A stretch of 64,000 nucleotides of DNA from Reclinomonas americana ATCC 50394 (taxonomy: Eukaryota). The stretch lies in contig PS015078.1 of assembly GCA_048213135.1 (NCBI GenBank), positions 45,309 through 109,308 on the forward strand. The letters run 5' to 3'. Position 1 is the stretch's first letter. Every line of letters begins with the position of its first letter. The notes beneath the pieces were generated by a model. The model was not told the DNA's origin. It did no database searches and saw only the letters and a program-made list of their open reading frames with translations. A program made the translations under genes and the position numbers. Of this stretch, positions 12,896-25,199 are shown piece by piece.

Positions 12896-15128
12896 ATGAA
12901 CACGATCCTCAACACCCGCGAGTTGCAAGACGCTTTGCATGAGGCCAACGTCGAGCGCCAGAGGTACTGTGTGTGTGTCTGTAGTTGTGTGTGTGCGTGT
13001 GTGTGTGTGTCTGGTTGGGGAATGGCGCCAGGTCGCTCTCAACTGGTCACTCTCTTTCGTGTTGCTTTGCGTGTGTGACGTGTGGATGATGACGATCACT
13101 TCTCTGTCTTTGCGCACGAGCGCGCGTGTGTGATGGAGAGTGCACTTGTGGTGCGAATCTGCACACGCTCTCTGTGTTGGTCGCCAGCGCGCCATCACTC
13201 GCGAAATCGCCCTCTCTCTCTCCACACACACTCACGCGACTTTACTCTCTCTGTGTGTGTGTGCTCGTGTGTGTGTTCTGTTAACGATGGCACGTTTGTG
13301 TGTGTGTGTGTGTGTGTGTTTCGAGAGTGTGCATTCGGTCATCCTTTTGGGAACCAGATGCAGTTCACATCTCGCCTTGTCGCTCTCTCTCTCTCTCTTC
13401 ATGATCGCCTTGTTATCTATCTCATTCATCGCGGGTGTGTGAGAGAGAGAGCGTGCCCGCTGTTGTGTGTGTGCTTGCGTGTGTGTGTGTGTGTGTGTGA
13501 CAAGACGCGACATTGCGCGCCAAAACTTCGTCCCTTCTCTCACACACTCTTGTCCACGCCAGGCTCGAGGCTGAGCTGAAGGCCATGGACAACACACTGC
13601 GCACCAAGGAGGAGGCACTGGTCAAGTTGTCCAAGGTGTGTGCAGTGTCGGTGATATTTCAACCCCTCCTCTCTCAATATGAGAGTTGAACCGTCGTGCG
13701 CTTTCAGGAGAAGAGCCAGCTGGCGGAGCGCGCTCTGCAGTTTGAGGCCGAGGTCAGCTCGCTGAAGGATCGCCTGCGTGCGTACGAGGACGAGAAGAAG
13801 TCGCTGGCGGCATCCAAGGCGCAGGTGGAGGCGCAGCTGCGCAAGTTTGAGCGCCAGCAGCGCTCAGAAGAGAGCGCGAACCAGCTGGAGCTCAACTACC
13901 AGGTGGAGAAGCTGCAGAATGAGGTGAGCCTCACAGCGGCGACCAGCTGCACGTTGTGTCTTGTGTGTGTGTGCGAGGGTTGCTGACGTGGCGTCCATCA
14001 GAATGCGTTGTTGAACAAGAAGCTGGAGGAGCTGAAGGAGGAGACCAAGACGCTGTACCGCTTCCAGGAGCTCAAGACACAAGCGATTGAGAAGCTGACG
14101 GCGCGCATTCGCGAGTACGGCGATCTGGAGGAGAAGCACAAGGACATGGAGGTATGTGACTGATGGTGACACTTCCTTCACTCTCTCCTCTCCTACACAC
14201 TCATCACCCGTCTCTCTCTCGTCCCGTCGAATAGCACCACTTCCGCCTGTTGCAGGTGGTGGTGCCGGACCAGCAGCGCCACATTGAGCAGCTGAAGGCG
14301 ATTGAGAAGCAGAAGAACGAGGAGATTGAGAAGCTGCTGAAGGAGGCCCGCGAGGACTCATCGCTGACGGCGCTGACCACCGAGAAGAGCGTGCTGAACA
14401 ACGAGCTGAAGCGCTGCCGCGAGATCCGCGCCCAGCAGGTAACGCACACCTCTCCACCATGTCATTGCCATCATCACCATCGTCCTTGCTCACCTATCAC
14501 TCTCCGTGCATCATTAGGACCGCACCATTCGCGCGCAGCAGTTGCGCATTGAGCGCCTGCTGGCCCGTCTGGAGACGCTTGCCTCGTGCAATGGCGGCCA
14601 GAAGAAGAAGCCGCGCGCCGAGCGCCAAGACCTGGCCGACATTGACGTTGAGGGCATCACGGAGGAGACAGTGAAGCGTGAGGAGCGCGAGGAGCTCGTA
14701 CCGGTCAAGCTGTACAACGTGCTGCAAGATGAGGTGCGCGCTCTCCAACAGAGCATTCTCGACAAGGAGGACCTGGTGCGCGAGAAGGACGCTGCGATTG
14801 AGGTGAGTGAGAGAGCTGTCATACAGGGAAAGGAAAAGGTGTGAAGTACTCATCATTCGCCCCCTCGCAGCACCTGGAACGCAAGGTGTCAATTGTCAAC
14901 AAGGCCAAGGTCAGCGATTCCCGCGTGGCGCAGAACGCCTACAAGGAGCTGGAGGCCGAGTTCCTGGCGATGCGCGAGGAGATGGAGATCAAGGAGAGCA
15001 AGTTCAAGGAGCTGGAGGCCTCATTGAGGCGAGAGGTGCACCGTGCCAAGGCCGCCGTACGCCGTGCCGAGGGTGGTCCCTTGGAGCAACAACCAAGCGG
15101 CCGCCGGAGTCAGCAGGGTGGTGAGTAG
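12896..15128 (+). CDS. MAP70-like microtubule-associated coiled-coil protein
   Basis: Seven exons with strong coding codon bias. C-terminal VPVKLYNVLQDEVRALQQSILDKEDLVREKDAAIEHLERKVSIVNKA resembles the recalled plant MAP70 C-terminal motif. Internal VEKLQNENALLNKKLEELKEETKTLYRFQELKTQAIEKLT also aligns by eye. Confidence 0.7.
12964..13562 (+). repeat. Microsatellite-rich first intron: (TG)n and (TC)n tracts
   Basis: Multiple tracts, e.g. gtgtgtgtgtgtgtgtgtgt near 13298-13318 and 13479-13499, and ctctctctctctct near 13383-13398, inside a ~600-nt GT-AG intron. Confidence 0.9.
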
Positions 15129-15585
15129 TGTGTGTGCAGAGTGGAACGTACTGTGTGCTCGTGCTGATTGAGTGTGCTGTGATTGTAGGTGCCGCTGCTC
15201 GCTAAGTGCTCTGCGAGTTCGTGTGCATGATGAATGTGTTGAACCGGAAGAGGATGAAGGATNNNNNNNNNNNNNNNNNNNNNNNNNNNNNNNNNNNNNN
15301 NNNNNNNNNNNNNNNNNNNNNNNNNNNNNNNNNNNNNNNNNNNNNNNNNNNNNNNNNNNNNNNNNNNNNNCCTCTGCTGCTCTTATTTTGTGTGTGTGTG
15401 TTGTCTCCTGTCTGCCTATCTCCATGTCTATGCCGTCTGTGTTTTACACTCTTCTCTTTACAGTTTGTCGCCATGTGTGTGTGTGTGTGTGATCGTGATA
15501 CGATGAGGGAATGAGGGGAAAGAGACATTGCGTTTTCGTCGTTTGAGATCGTCTCCCCACCTCCCCCCGCTCCTTATCGTCATGA

Positions 15586-15997
15586 TTATATAAAAGCCCA
15601 ACAACAAGAGTACACCGATTGATCGTCATNNNNNNNNNNNNNNNNNNNNNNNNNNNNNNNNNNNNNNNNNNNNNNNNNNNNNNNNNNNNNNNNNNNNNNN
15701 NNNNNNNNNNNNNNNNNNNNNNNNNNNNNNNNNNNNNNNNNNNNNNNNNNNNNNNNNNNNNNNNNNNNNNNNNNNNNNNNNNNNNNNNNNNNNNNNNNNN
15801 NNNNNNNNNNNNNNNNNNNNNNNNNNNNNNNNNNNNNNNNNNNNNNNNNNNNNNNNNNNNNNNNNNNNNNNNNNNNNNNNNNNNNNNNNNNGGCGCTCGC
15901 GTCGTCGTGTGTCCAGCGAGTCCTCACTGTCGCTGTCGACATCACGCAGACGCAAGGCAACCGCTGTGCGACCAGAGGCTGCGCGTGGTCGCGACAT
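15586..15997 (-). CDS. Possible small protein spanning an assembly gap
   Basis: ATG at 15997 after an A-rich leader (MSRPRAASGRTAVALRLRDVDSDSEDSLDTRRRER), then an N gap, then a possible end DDQSVYSCCWAFI-TAA. Divergent from the AKAP14-like gene. No family recognised. Confidence 0.3.
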
Positions 15998-16330
15998 TTT
16001 ATTTCTATTTGAATTTCGTCGCAGAGGACGACTGGTGGTGTGACGTCGCTGATACCACTCAGTGTCCCCTGTGCTGCTGCTGCAAGGGTATAGCTATATA
16101 CGAGTGTGGAAAGTATGGGGAGACTGCGGGGAAAGCGAATTCCACGTATCGCGACGTCGAGAGCTCCTATCCATGCACAAGCACACGTCTGCACCATGTG
16201 CATGCATCGCTTCTTGTGCACAGGCAAGGCTCACTCGCGCGCCAAGGAAACACAGGAGCATGGCTGTGGCGCTGCGAAGTTTGCCTGTCCTGAACGTTGA
16301 TCGTCAGTCGGTTTGTGACGAGAGAGCAAA

Positions 16331-16525
16331 ATGGCTGCGCCGCCCGTGATGAGCGCCGCTGAGCGCGAAGTGAGTGTGATTGTGTCCAAGTGGGAGTTCC
16401 AGACGTACGGCTTCAGTGTGCGCACTGCCAAGCGAGCGGAAGACGGCTTGTCAGTCATTCGCGTGCTCTTCAGCCGTTGCGCGCGCAGCATCAGTTGTCA
16501 ACTGTGTGTGAGTGTGTGAGACTGA

Positions 16526-16557
<32 letters not shown>

Positions 16558-16833
16558 GCAGAACCCGATCAGACGTGCCCTGTGCCCAAGACCAGCGTTT
16601 CGGTCGACTTTTTCAAGGACTCGTCGACGGGTCGTCTCAGGTCAGCGCGCGCGCAGTGCTGTTGTGATCGGGGCGTTGGATTGCTGATGGTGAGCTATTG
16701 CAGGTATCTGCTGGAGGGTCAGCAGTTTGAGCATGACGCGGAGGAGGCGTGCAATGAGGAGTGGATTCGGCAGCTGCACGACATGAAGCGCGCGATTCGG
16801 GAACAGTTTGACTCGCTCGAGAGGCCACGGTGA
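16331..16833 (+). CDS. AKAP14/AKAP28-domain ciliary protein (3 exons)
   Basis: Spliced product VSKWEF...IRVLFSQPDQTCPVPKTSVSVDFF...RYLLEGQQFEH...NEEWIRQLHDMK matches the recalled AKAP28 pattern (WS.P....P.P..TASV.F...E.W). Confidence 0.7.
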
Positions 16834-16890
16834 GATCGCCAATGGCACAAGTGTGGCGCGCAATGGACGGNNNNNNNNNNNNNNNNNNNN

Positions 16891-17309
16891 GCATCCGGCG
16901 GCAACGCACGCAACGCCTGCAAGTCGGCCACCTGCTGCACGGCTGCACCCAGCGAGTTCTGCATCAGCTGTCCCACTGCACTGGCAATCGCCAGCGCACC
17001 AGTGCTCGAGCGTGGACCCGCCACAATCGCCTGTGCCATGGCTTGCAAGCTACATCACACGGACGCGCGTGCATGAGACAATGTGAGAGAGAGAGAGACA
17101 AGCAGAAGAGAATGCGCGCGCGCACTTTCTGTTGGTCTCGCGGACCAAGAATGCACCGGGTCCACTTCTCCCGCCCGCGGCTCCACCACGGCTGCTCGCG
17201 CCTGCTCCATTGCCACTCATGTTGCCACTGCGCATCGAGTGCAAGTCGAGCAAATCACTGTCGAGGTCCGAGTCTTGTGCGCGGTGACCCGGTCCACCTC
17301 CGCGTTGGT
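16891..17309 (-). CDS. Inverted gap-flanked contig encoding the probable N-terminus of Sec6
   Basis: Minus strand has two exons joined by a gtgcgc...gtag intron and ends LRALPPD-gc. This joins in frame to g-gaa-gtg at 17330, giving PPDAEVGFLGQPDLF. Confidence 0.7.
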
Positions 17310-17329
17310 NNNNNNNNNNNNNNNNNNNN

Positions 17330-20300
17330 GGAAGTGGGCTTTCTGGGCCAGCCGGATCTGTTTGAGTTTGAGACGGATGCACGTGAGTCGGCGCTGCGCG
17401 ATGTGGCGTCGCAGTTGCGCACGGCGGAGGACTTGGCGCGGTTGCCGGGCATTCGCCAGCGCTTCGATCAGAAGCTGGAGCAGGTCAAGAACCAGCTGCG
17501 CACGCTGTCGCGGACGCAGCTGGAGCAGGCCAAGGTCGCCGTCGGCAAGATCGATCAGGTGAAGGGCACGGTGGCGTCGCTCGACACCGAGTTCTCGTCG
17601 CTGGAGTCTGGCTTTGATCGCGTGTCGGTCGGTCTCGTGCGCGACTACGACCTCATTCGTCGGGTGGAGAACATTCGGCGCAACGTGTTTGAGACGATGA
17701 CGGAGCTGAAGAAGATCCTGGATCTGGAGAGTGAGGTACGTGCGTGCAGGCGTGGCGGGGTGCGCAGCGCAGTGGACAAGTGACGGTCGTATGCATGCGC
17801 AGATTACCAGCATTCAGTCGCAAATGACCGACGACATGCAAATCCACGACGTGTTCCGCCGCACGCGCAAGCTGGAGACGCTCAAGGAGTTCCTGACGCG
17901 AGAGGTGCGTTGGGTTTGCTGATGTTGTCACGTAGCACAACTCACACACATCGACGGGGCGGCAGGTCTCTGGCAAGTATCGTGTGGAATTCGAGCGATA
18001 CTTCCGCCGCGTGGAGGAGCTGACGGTGGACTTTGAGGAGCGCTTCTGGGGTCTCTTTGAGCAGATTCTGATTCTGGCCGATGTGCGTCGCAGCAAAACG
18101 CGCTCGTGTTCAGCAACACCGTTTAATTGTTGTGGCGCACAGGAAAACCCCGCGCTGCTGGTCAAGTTGGCGCGCGTGATTGACGACGACTTGAATGACT
18201 TGGAGCTGAATCACCAGTATGAGGGTCAGATGTTTCTGCGCGTGGAGAAGATTGTGCTGGAGAACTATGTCAAGAGTTCCGACGGCATTCGCTTGTCAAT
18301 TACTTTTCGTCTGCTTCTCACTTTCTTTCTTTCTTGAACGCAGCATACACCAAGAAGGCCGTGCCTCCAGCACCGTCAGAGTCCGATGATGACGATGACG
18401 ACGACGACGACGATGACGATGGCGACGGCCACGACGACTCTGACACAGCTTCGTCCGACGATCCGAAGAAGAAAAAGAAAAAGACGAAGAAGACCGGACA
18501 CAAAAAGAAGCCAAGTGCTGCGAAACCGGCAACAGCAGCTTCTGCCAAGCCTGCAGGTGCGTGCCAATCGTGTCGATTGGGAGTCCTCCGCTGCGGGTGC
18601 TGACTCGTGTTGTCGCAGCGAGTGGATCTCGAGGGAAACCGGCCGACGATGCCGCTGATGTGCAGGTGATGGGTCTCGCCGATTTTGGCATCGATCTGAA
18701 GCGCACCGCCCAACAACGCTCGGCGGCCGCTGCTGCGGCTTCGGGACGAGCCGCCGCCGATGACGACGAAGATGACGACGGCGACGACGATGAGTACGAT
18801 GATGACGACGACGATGATGATGGGCATCGGAGAGGGAAGAAAGGCGGCAAGGGCGACGATGGCAAGAAGAAGCCCGTGAGTGGCGGCACCAAGGACGACG
18901 ACACCAGTCACGATGACGGCAGTGAGGATCTGCCAGAGTCGCCCTTGCCGACTGGCCGTGCACGCGACTCGCCCCCGGCGACGACCAAACCGGGAAGTGC
19001 AGGTGAGCGTGTGTGTGTTTGTGTGTGTGCGAGGTGTACTTGCGGTGTGCACTGACATGATGATACGATGTGTGTAGCAGCGGCGGCAGGAGGTGCGCAG
19101 GGCGACCGTGGAGAGTATGAGTTCGACGATGACGCGTTCCTTGACGGCGACGACGACGAATACGATCCGGAGCTGTACGAATTGGCCAATCGTGTGCCGG
19201 TAAAGCGACCCTCGGACGACAAGAAGGGCAAGGGCGGTGCCGGTGGTGGAGGCGGCGGTGGTAGTGGCGGTGGTGGTGGTGGGAGTGCCAGTGGCAGCAC
19301 TCGTGACGGCAGCGGACGGCCCGCGGGCGGAGCGTCTGCCGCTGCTCCTGCGGCTGCGGCAGCCGCACCTCCACCAGTTCCAGACGGTGCGCATTGTCTT
19401 CATCATCTCTCTATGACGCTGTATACAAGCTCACGTTTGTGTTCACAGAGGACTCTGATGACGGCGAGACGGAAATGGCGAGGTACTCATGCCTGAGCCA
19501 CTCTCCCTGCGTTCCTGACTGTTTCCTGTCTCACGAACCCTTCCTCTCCACAGTATCATGCCCGTGCTGCGCGATCATGGCGTCGAGGAGGCCATTCAGA
19601 AGCTAAAGGAGGAGTTTCCAGTGCTCTCCGACATCAAAGTCGCTCTCGAATGCATCAAGGGCCTCATGGACGACCTGTATGCGGTGGACGTCATGGTGCT
19701 GCCGTGCTTCCCGCTGACGTTGCGTGCATCTGTCTCACTGATTTGAGCCGACTCGTGACCCAAATAACTCTCGTATTTCGTCGCAGGTCACCGATCATGG
19801 ATTACTGGGTGCAGCACACACATCGAGTGGTGGTTCTGTGCCTGAAGCAATTCTCGCAGCGTCTCGACGACCTGGAGATGGAGCAAGTGGTCAACATTAG
19901 TTGCGTTTGTCGCCTTTGTGCTCTTTGGTGTTGCTCGCAGCCACTCACTCGTCGTGGTAGTCGAGAGCTTTGAGCGGTACCGTAAGGATCTGATGGAGCT
20001 GATGGGCTCGCTCGACAAGCTCGATCTGCAGGACTACAAGGCCTACTTTGACACGCTCTGCTTTACATTCTCGCGCCAAGTGGCGGTAAGTCGCTCGGGC
20101 ATCCTCGCTCTCCTTTCGCTTCCTCCGCCCTCATTCCTCTGCGCTGCGCCACAGTCCAAACTTCGCGAATGGCTCGGCAACATTGTCAAGCGCGAGCTCA
20201 CGCGTGTGTACGAGCTCAGCAATGCGGCGGCGTCGGCACAGAGTGGCGAATTGTATGTGAGCAGCGACGACGGTGTAACGACGCTGGCCACCATCTATCT

Positions 20301-22089
20301 TTACCAGATCATCAATCAGCAGCTGGAGCGTATCGGCTCCATCTCCACGGGCACGGTAAGCGGGTTGAGAGAGAGAGAGAGAGAGCGAGGTGGATGTGCG
20401 AGTCACTGACTTGGTCCGCGTCCTCAGCTGCTTTGGGAGGTCTCCAAGGGCTCTGTCGACGCCATCTCATTCTACCAGCAGACTCTCATTGAGACGGCAC
20501 GACGTGCGTTGTTGTCTCTCCTCGTGCAGGGTGCGCTCCGTTTCTCACGGTGTGTTTTTGCGCAGAGAACCGTGATCGCCTGCCCATCCGCTACATGTGC
20601 GCGATTGTCAACAACACCGAGCATGCACTCATGTTGCGTCATGTTCTTCTGTCTTGATTGGTTTCTCGGCTAACGCGATGTGCAGTGCATCGGAGGAGTT
20701 CCGCGGTCTGGTGACTCGCCTGCTGACACCGCTCGTGCGGGCCAAGGCGCGCGAAATGGAGATCCACGGCGGAACTGGCGAAGCTGCGGTCCCGGTGTCG
20801 GAGACGAGTGTTCTGGACTTTTTGAACAAGCTCGACGAAGGTACACGCTGTCCCTCTCATTTATGACACGAGAACACATATCATTTCTCACCTGCTGTCG
20901 CGCCGTCAGTGTTCCTGGATGGTGAGAAGCAGCTTCGCGAGCTGCTGCTGGATCGATTGCAAAGGGAAACAAGCTCTTTCCATGCGAGCCTGTTTGAGGA
21001 GGATTGGGCCAACACGCCCCTGGTGGAGGAGTGGATGGCTGCGGTGTCGACCCTGATGAAGGAGGTGGTCTCGTCGCTGGCCCGCGTGTTTGTCACTGGT
21101 GTCGTTGCGTGCACTTGCTGGCTGCTGCTGCTGCTGCTGCTGCTAGTGTTCCGTCTGATTGGTAACACTGCAACGCAGCTGGGAGAAATGATGAATCGCT
21201 GCTCAAAGGCCTACGTTTCCCAGCTGCTGACGAAGAAAAAGTTGTGCCATGCTGTGTTTTTTTCTTGTGATGCCTGCTGGAGCAGCGAGGCGGGATGACT
21301 GACACCTTGTGGGTGCAGGAAGCTGCAGCCTGGTGCCGACGACATGCTGCACGAGGACTTCCAGATCATGGTGCAGGCGTTTGAGCCGTTCAAGGAGCAC
21401 GAGGCCACCGCCGGTCGCGACTGGGAGACGTTTTGCGAGAGCAACTTTAGACCAGTGCAACTCTTGTCGACGTTGGTGGGAGCGTTGCGTACGGAATCGT
21501 GTGCATCGATTGATGGTGGGAGGGCGTGAGCTGATTGTGAGACGCACGCAGAACGGAGGAAAACATGGCTTTGCAGTATCGCGAGATCTTGCGCATTTTC
21601 CCGGACACACCGCCCGAGTTGGCCTTGCGCGTGCTCGACGCACGCAAGAACGCGGACAAGTCCTTCAAGAAGCGCATGGCGGCTGAGTTGCCGCTGGTGT
21701 ACGATGCGTATGTGGAGCAGCGAAGGAAGTTCCGCGAAGACCAGTTGGTGGCGGCCGGCACAGATCTCGGTGTCAGTGTGTTTGGTTGCGTGCGCACCCT
21801 CGCAAAGTGTCGATCACGCACGCTGCTCGTCGTCTCCTGACACACGCACGTAGGTTTCTTCGCCGAGCTGATGCCGGAAGACGCAGCGCGCTTGGTGGCG
21901 CGCGACGATGCCGCGTACAGGGCAGCCGTTCCTGGAGAAGGTGCCAGTGGTTCAGGAGCTGCCGGTGGAGGTGGCGGCGACAAGCAATCGCGCAAGGCCG
22001 CGGCGGCGGCGGCTGCCGAGAAGACGGCCGAAGCACAATTCGAAAACGTGGAAGTCGGCAATCTCGACGACTTCCTCTCTGGTCTGTAA
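17330..22089 (+). CDS. SEC6: Exocyst complex component Sec6/EXOC3
   Basis: ALRDVASQLRTAEDLARLPGIRQRFDQKLEQVKNQLRTLSRTQLEQAK, FEERFWGLFEQIL..ENPALLVKLARVID, DDLYAVDVMVLPCFP..IMDYWVQHTH and YMCAIVNN are all recalled Sec6 motifs. Stop TAA 22087-22089. Confidence 0.85.
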
Positions 22090-22125
22090 ACAAACAAATA
22101 CTACAACGTGTTTAAAGGTTCGCTT

Positions 22126-25002
22126 TCATCGCCGTGCTCGCTTGGTCGACGGAATCAGCCGCGGTGGTGCATGTCCGCGATCCAAGTGTCTGGCCAGGCC
22201 GCGTGCCACGGCTCGCCGCTGAAGGAATTGGAGGGCGATGAACAGCACCGTGGCCAGCACCTCAATGCCAAACTGTGTGTCACCGCAGCAGTGTCAGTCG
22301 GCGATGCGGAGAATGCAGCAGCATCCGTGCAGCGCAGCTCACCAGAAACAGAAAGGTGACGTCTGTGGGGGAAAGGTGGCAGCAGCACCAGTGTGAGTCG
22401 GCGGCGGGTGAAACATATGAAGAAAGAACGGACGCGCACGCAACGGAAGCACGAGGTTCCGTCGCACGTCAAGTCGCCAGTCACCGGCGATCGTGTCTGC
22501 GTCGAAGAGAAGAGAGAAGCGAGCAGTCAGCAGCACACACAGAGGAAGCTTCTCGGCAACGCCAGCGACGATACCTCGTGTGACGAGTACACGGCAGCCA
22601 CGGCGAGTCCCACCAGAGTCACACCTACACCGACGGCGAGATCGAATGCGGCCACTAGTGTTCCCGCACGCAGAGTGCCAAACATGGTGAGCACCAGAGT
22701 CGGCTTGGACACAATGAGAGTGCCAAAGGCCAGGCCAATGAGGGGGGAGACGAGCTCCACAACCACTGTGTTGTAGGCCGCGGCGAGGGTGGCGTAGCAC
22801 ACCATGACAAGTGCGGATGCCATGGCGGCCCAGTACGTCGGTGCCACACGCTCCCGACTGCACGGAGAGTGTGGTGAGCAGTGGTGCACACACCATGAAG
22901 GAGACAAGCACTGGCAGCGACGCAACAATGAGTCAGAAAAGAGGCCGATCGCAAGGCGACCGAAGGCACTGAATGCCGAGAACATGATGACTTGGCGCAC
23001 TTTGAAGCCGTTGGAATCCTGGCCAATACTCCGTGCAATAAACTGTGAAAACATGGGAAGCAGAACTGAGTCGCCGAAGATGGTACAGCGCGCAGCATAG
23101 GAGGTAGGCAGCAGACCTCGACATTGGCAATATACAGGTAGCACGGAGTGACGCTGCAGAAGACGGCAAACCTACGAATCGTGTGATGACATGAGAATGA
23201 AAGACTGTTATGCAAAGGAGGGGCGGAGCACGACCCATGCCACGAACCACGACGCGTAGAAACGCAGGTCGCACCAAATGGACCGCAAGTTGGCATCCTT
23301 TACAATCTGCGAACCCGACGTGTAAATGCTCGACGTGTCGTCCTCGGTGTCGGTGAGCGACACATGTCTTGAATTCGGCTCTTGTTTGTTGTGCGCCATG
23401 GCCGACTTCAAGTACCTGTCGAGCAGAAGACAGTGAGTATGCACAACCGTCATTTGTCGCGCACACGACACACAACTTGTCAACAAGGAGGGCCGAGGAT
23501 GCGAGTTCAGTGCGCACCAAGGCGCCGGTGAAGAACGGTTGCGGGAGACTGGAGAGAGAAAACGCGTCGTCCAGCGATTCCTCAATTATAGGAGGAGCGG
23601 CGGCCAGCAGACGACTCTGCTCCGTCGCCTCGACATCGGCAGTGGCCCTACACAATCATCATCATAGTCGGCGAACGGCGCCGAAATCCATGAGCAGCAA
23701 AATGACTCACCAGGTGTTGCCGAGAGAGCTGGCCGCATCCTCCGGTGCACCACCCGTCGGTAGTGGCAGCAGGCCCGATTCGCGAATCGCCATGGGTTGC
23801 GTGCGCTGCACAGATGGTTGAGTGAGAACCGGAGGAGACTGACGCTTCGAATGACCAGCAACCGCACCGGAATTTCCTCAGTGCCCGACACTGGCGTCGG
23901 CTTGATATTGATGGCCATGGGTGGTGGCCCTGGTGGCGGAAGTGCTGGATGACGCCTGGAGCGGCGCATGCGGTGACGGAGACTTCGCACGAAAATCTAT
24001 CCAGACACGTAAGCACCTACTAACGAGGAAGAGGATCGCGTTTATCGCAACTCCCGACACCAGGCCGCAAGAGCCGCACACCACCGACAACAGCAACATA
24101 AAGTGCGGTAGCCTGCGTGACTAGTCAGTCGACAGACAAAGGCATGATGGCGAGCAGGCATCCCACGAACCCGTCGGGCCACGAGCTAAAGGTCGACGGT
24201 GCATGCAGCGCGGCCATGAAGACGCCCGACAGAGCAAAGCAGCACACCAGCGCCCCGAGGATCTTGCCACGATGTCGCGACTCGAAGTTGGCATCGTTGG
24301 TCAGTAAACATGCAATGTACACGGCGGCGGATCCCTGCAAGCTCGACATGAATATTTTCCCATCTCATCCCTCATCCCTTTCTCCCTTTGACCATGCGCC
24401 CACCTGTCCAACAATGGCAAAGAATATACCAATGACGATGGCCGGTGCGTGAAACCAGTCCGACGTCACACAGAACAGCAGAAAGTAGCCGACAAACTGC
24501 GCATAGTCGGCATGAGAAAATCGATGAAAGCACACCGGCGTGCATGCATGCACACGGCACCATCAGCAGCGATCCGACAAAGCACGTGATCTGCGAGCCC
24601 ACCCAGTCGTACAACAGCCCTGCTCATCACGAGTGAGGCTGCGTCGGGCACACCTTCTTCGACACAGCACGAACCCATCGGCAGCGACAAGAAGAGTCCC
24701 CAGAACGCCAGGCCCTCCACCACACCAGCCAGCTCCGACTGAGACAGGCCCAACTTGTCCTTGAGATCTTGTGTGTACAAGGCCAAACCGCCCAACTGCA
24801 TGCACACGCGTGAGCCGGGGTGAGAGAATGTGCGAATCTGTGATGATGATGATCGCAATGCATCATCACGATGCATTTTTCCCTCTCTTCCCCCCTCTCT
24901 CTCTCTTCTGTGGATGTGCAACGCAACATTACCAGCAACAAGCATCGATAGGCAGCCACTGCCTAAGCTGAGGTACTGCAGCACTCGTATGGAGACGCGC
25001 AT
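22126..25002 (-). CDS. MFS transporter, nodulin-like/NFD4/MCH1 family
   Basis: LALYTQDLKDKLGLSQSEL, GLLYDWVG, TNDANFESRHRGKILGALVCCFALSG, FSAFSAFGRLAIGLFSD and LIGLAFG motifs. Confidence 0.85.
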
Positions 25003-25199
25003 GATGACGTCGGAGATACTCTCTACAACAAGCAACCAATGAAGGATGTGCAGGAGAGAGAGAGATCGCCGAACACTCGAACACTCGTGCGCACGCGTCA
25101 CAGAAGATGCTGTGGGAAGGGGCACTCTTGCTCTCAGTCACTGTGTGATCGCGTGCGTGTGCGGTCCTGCACTCTGCGTCCTTCATTCGTTATCGATCG

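Noticed and set aside
20625-20630. Putative GC-AG donor (GCACTC) in Sec6
   Set aside because: It gives the wrong phase. The GTTGCG donor at 20633 restores the frame (HALIASEEFRGL).
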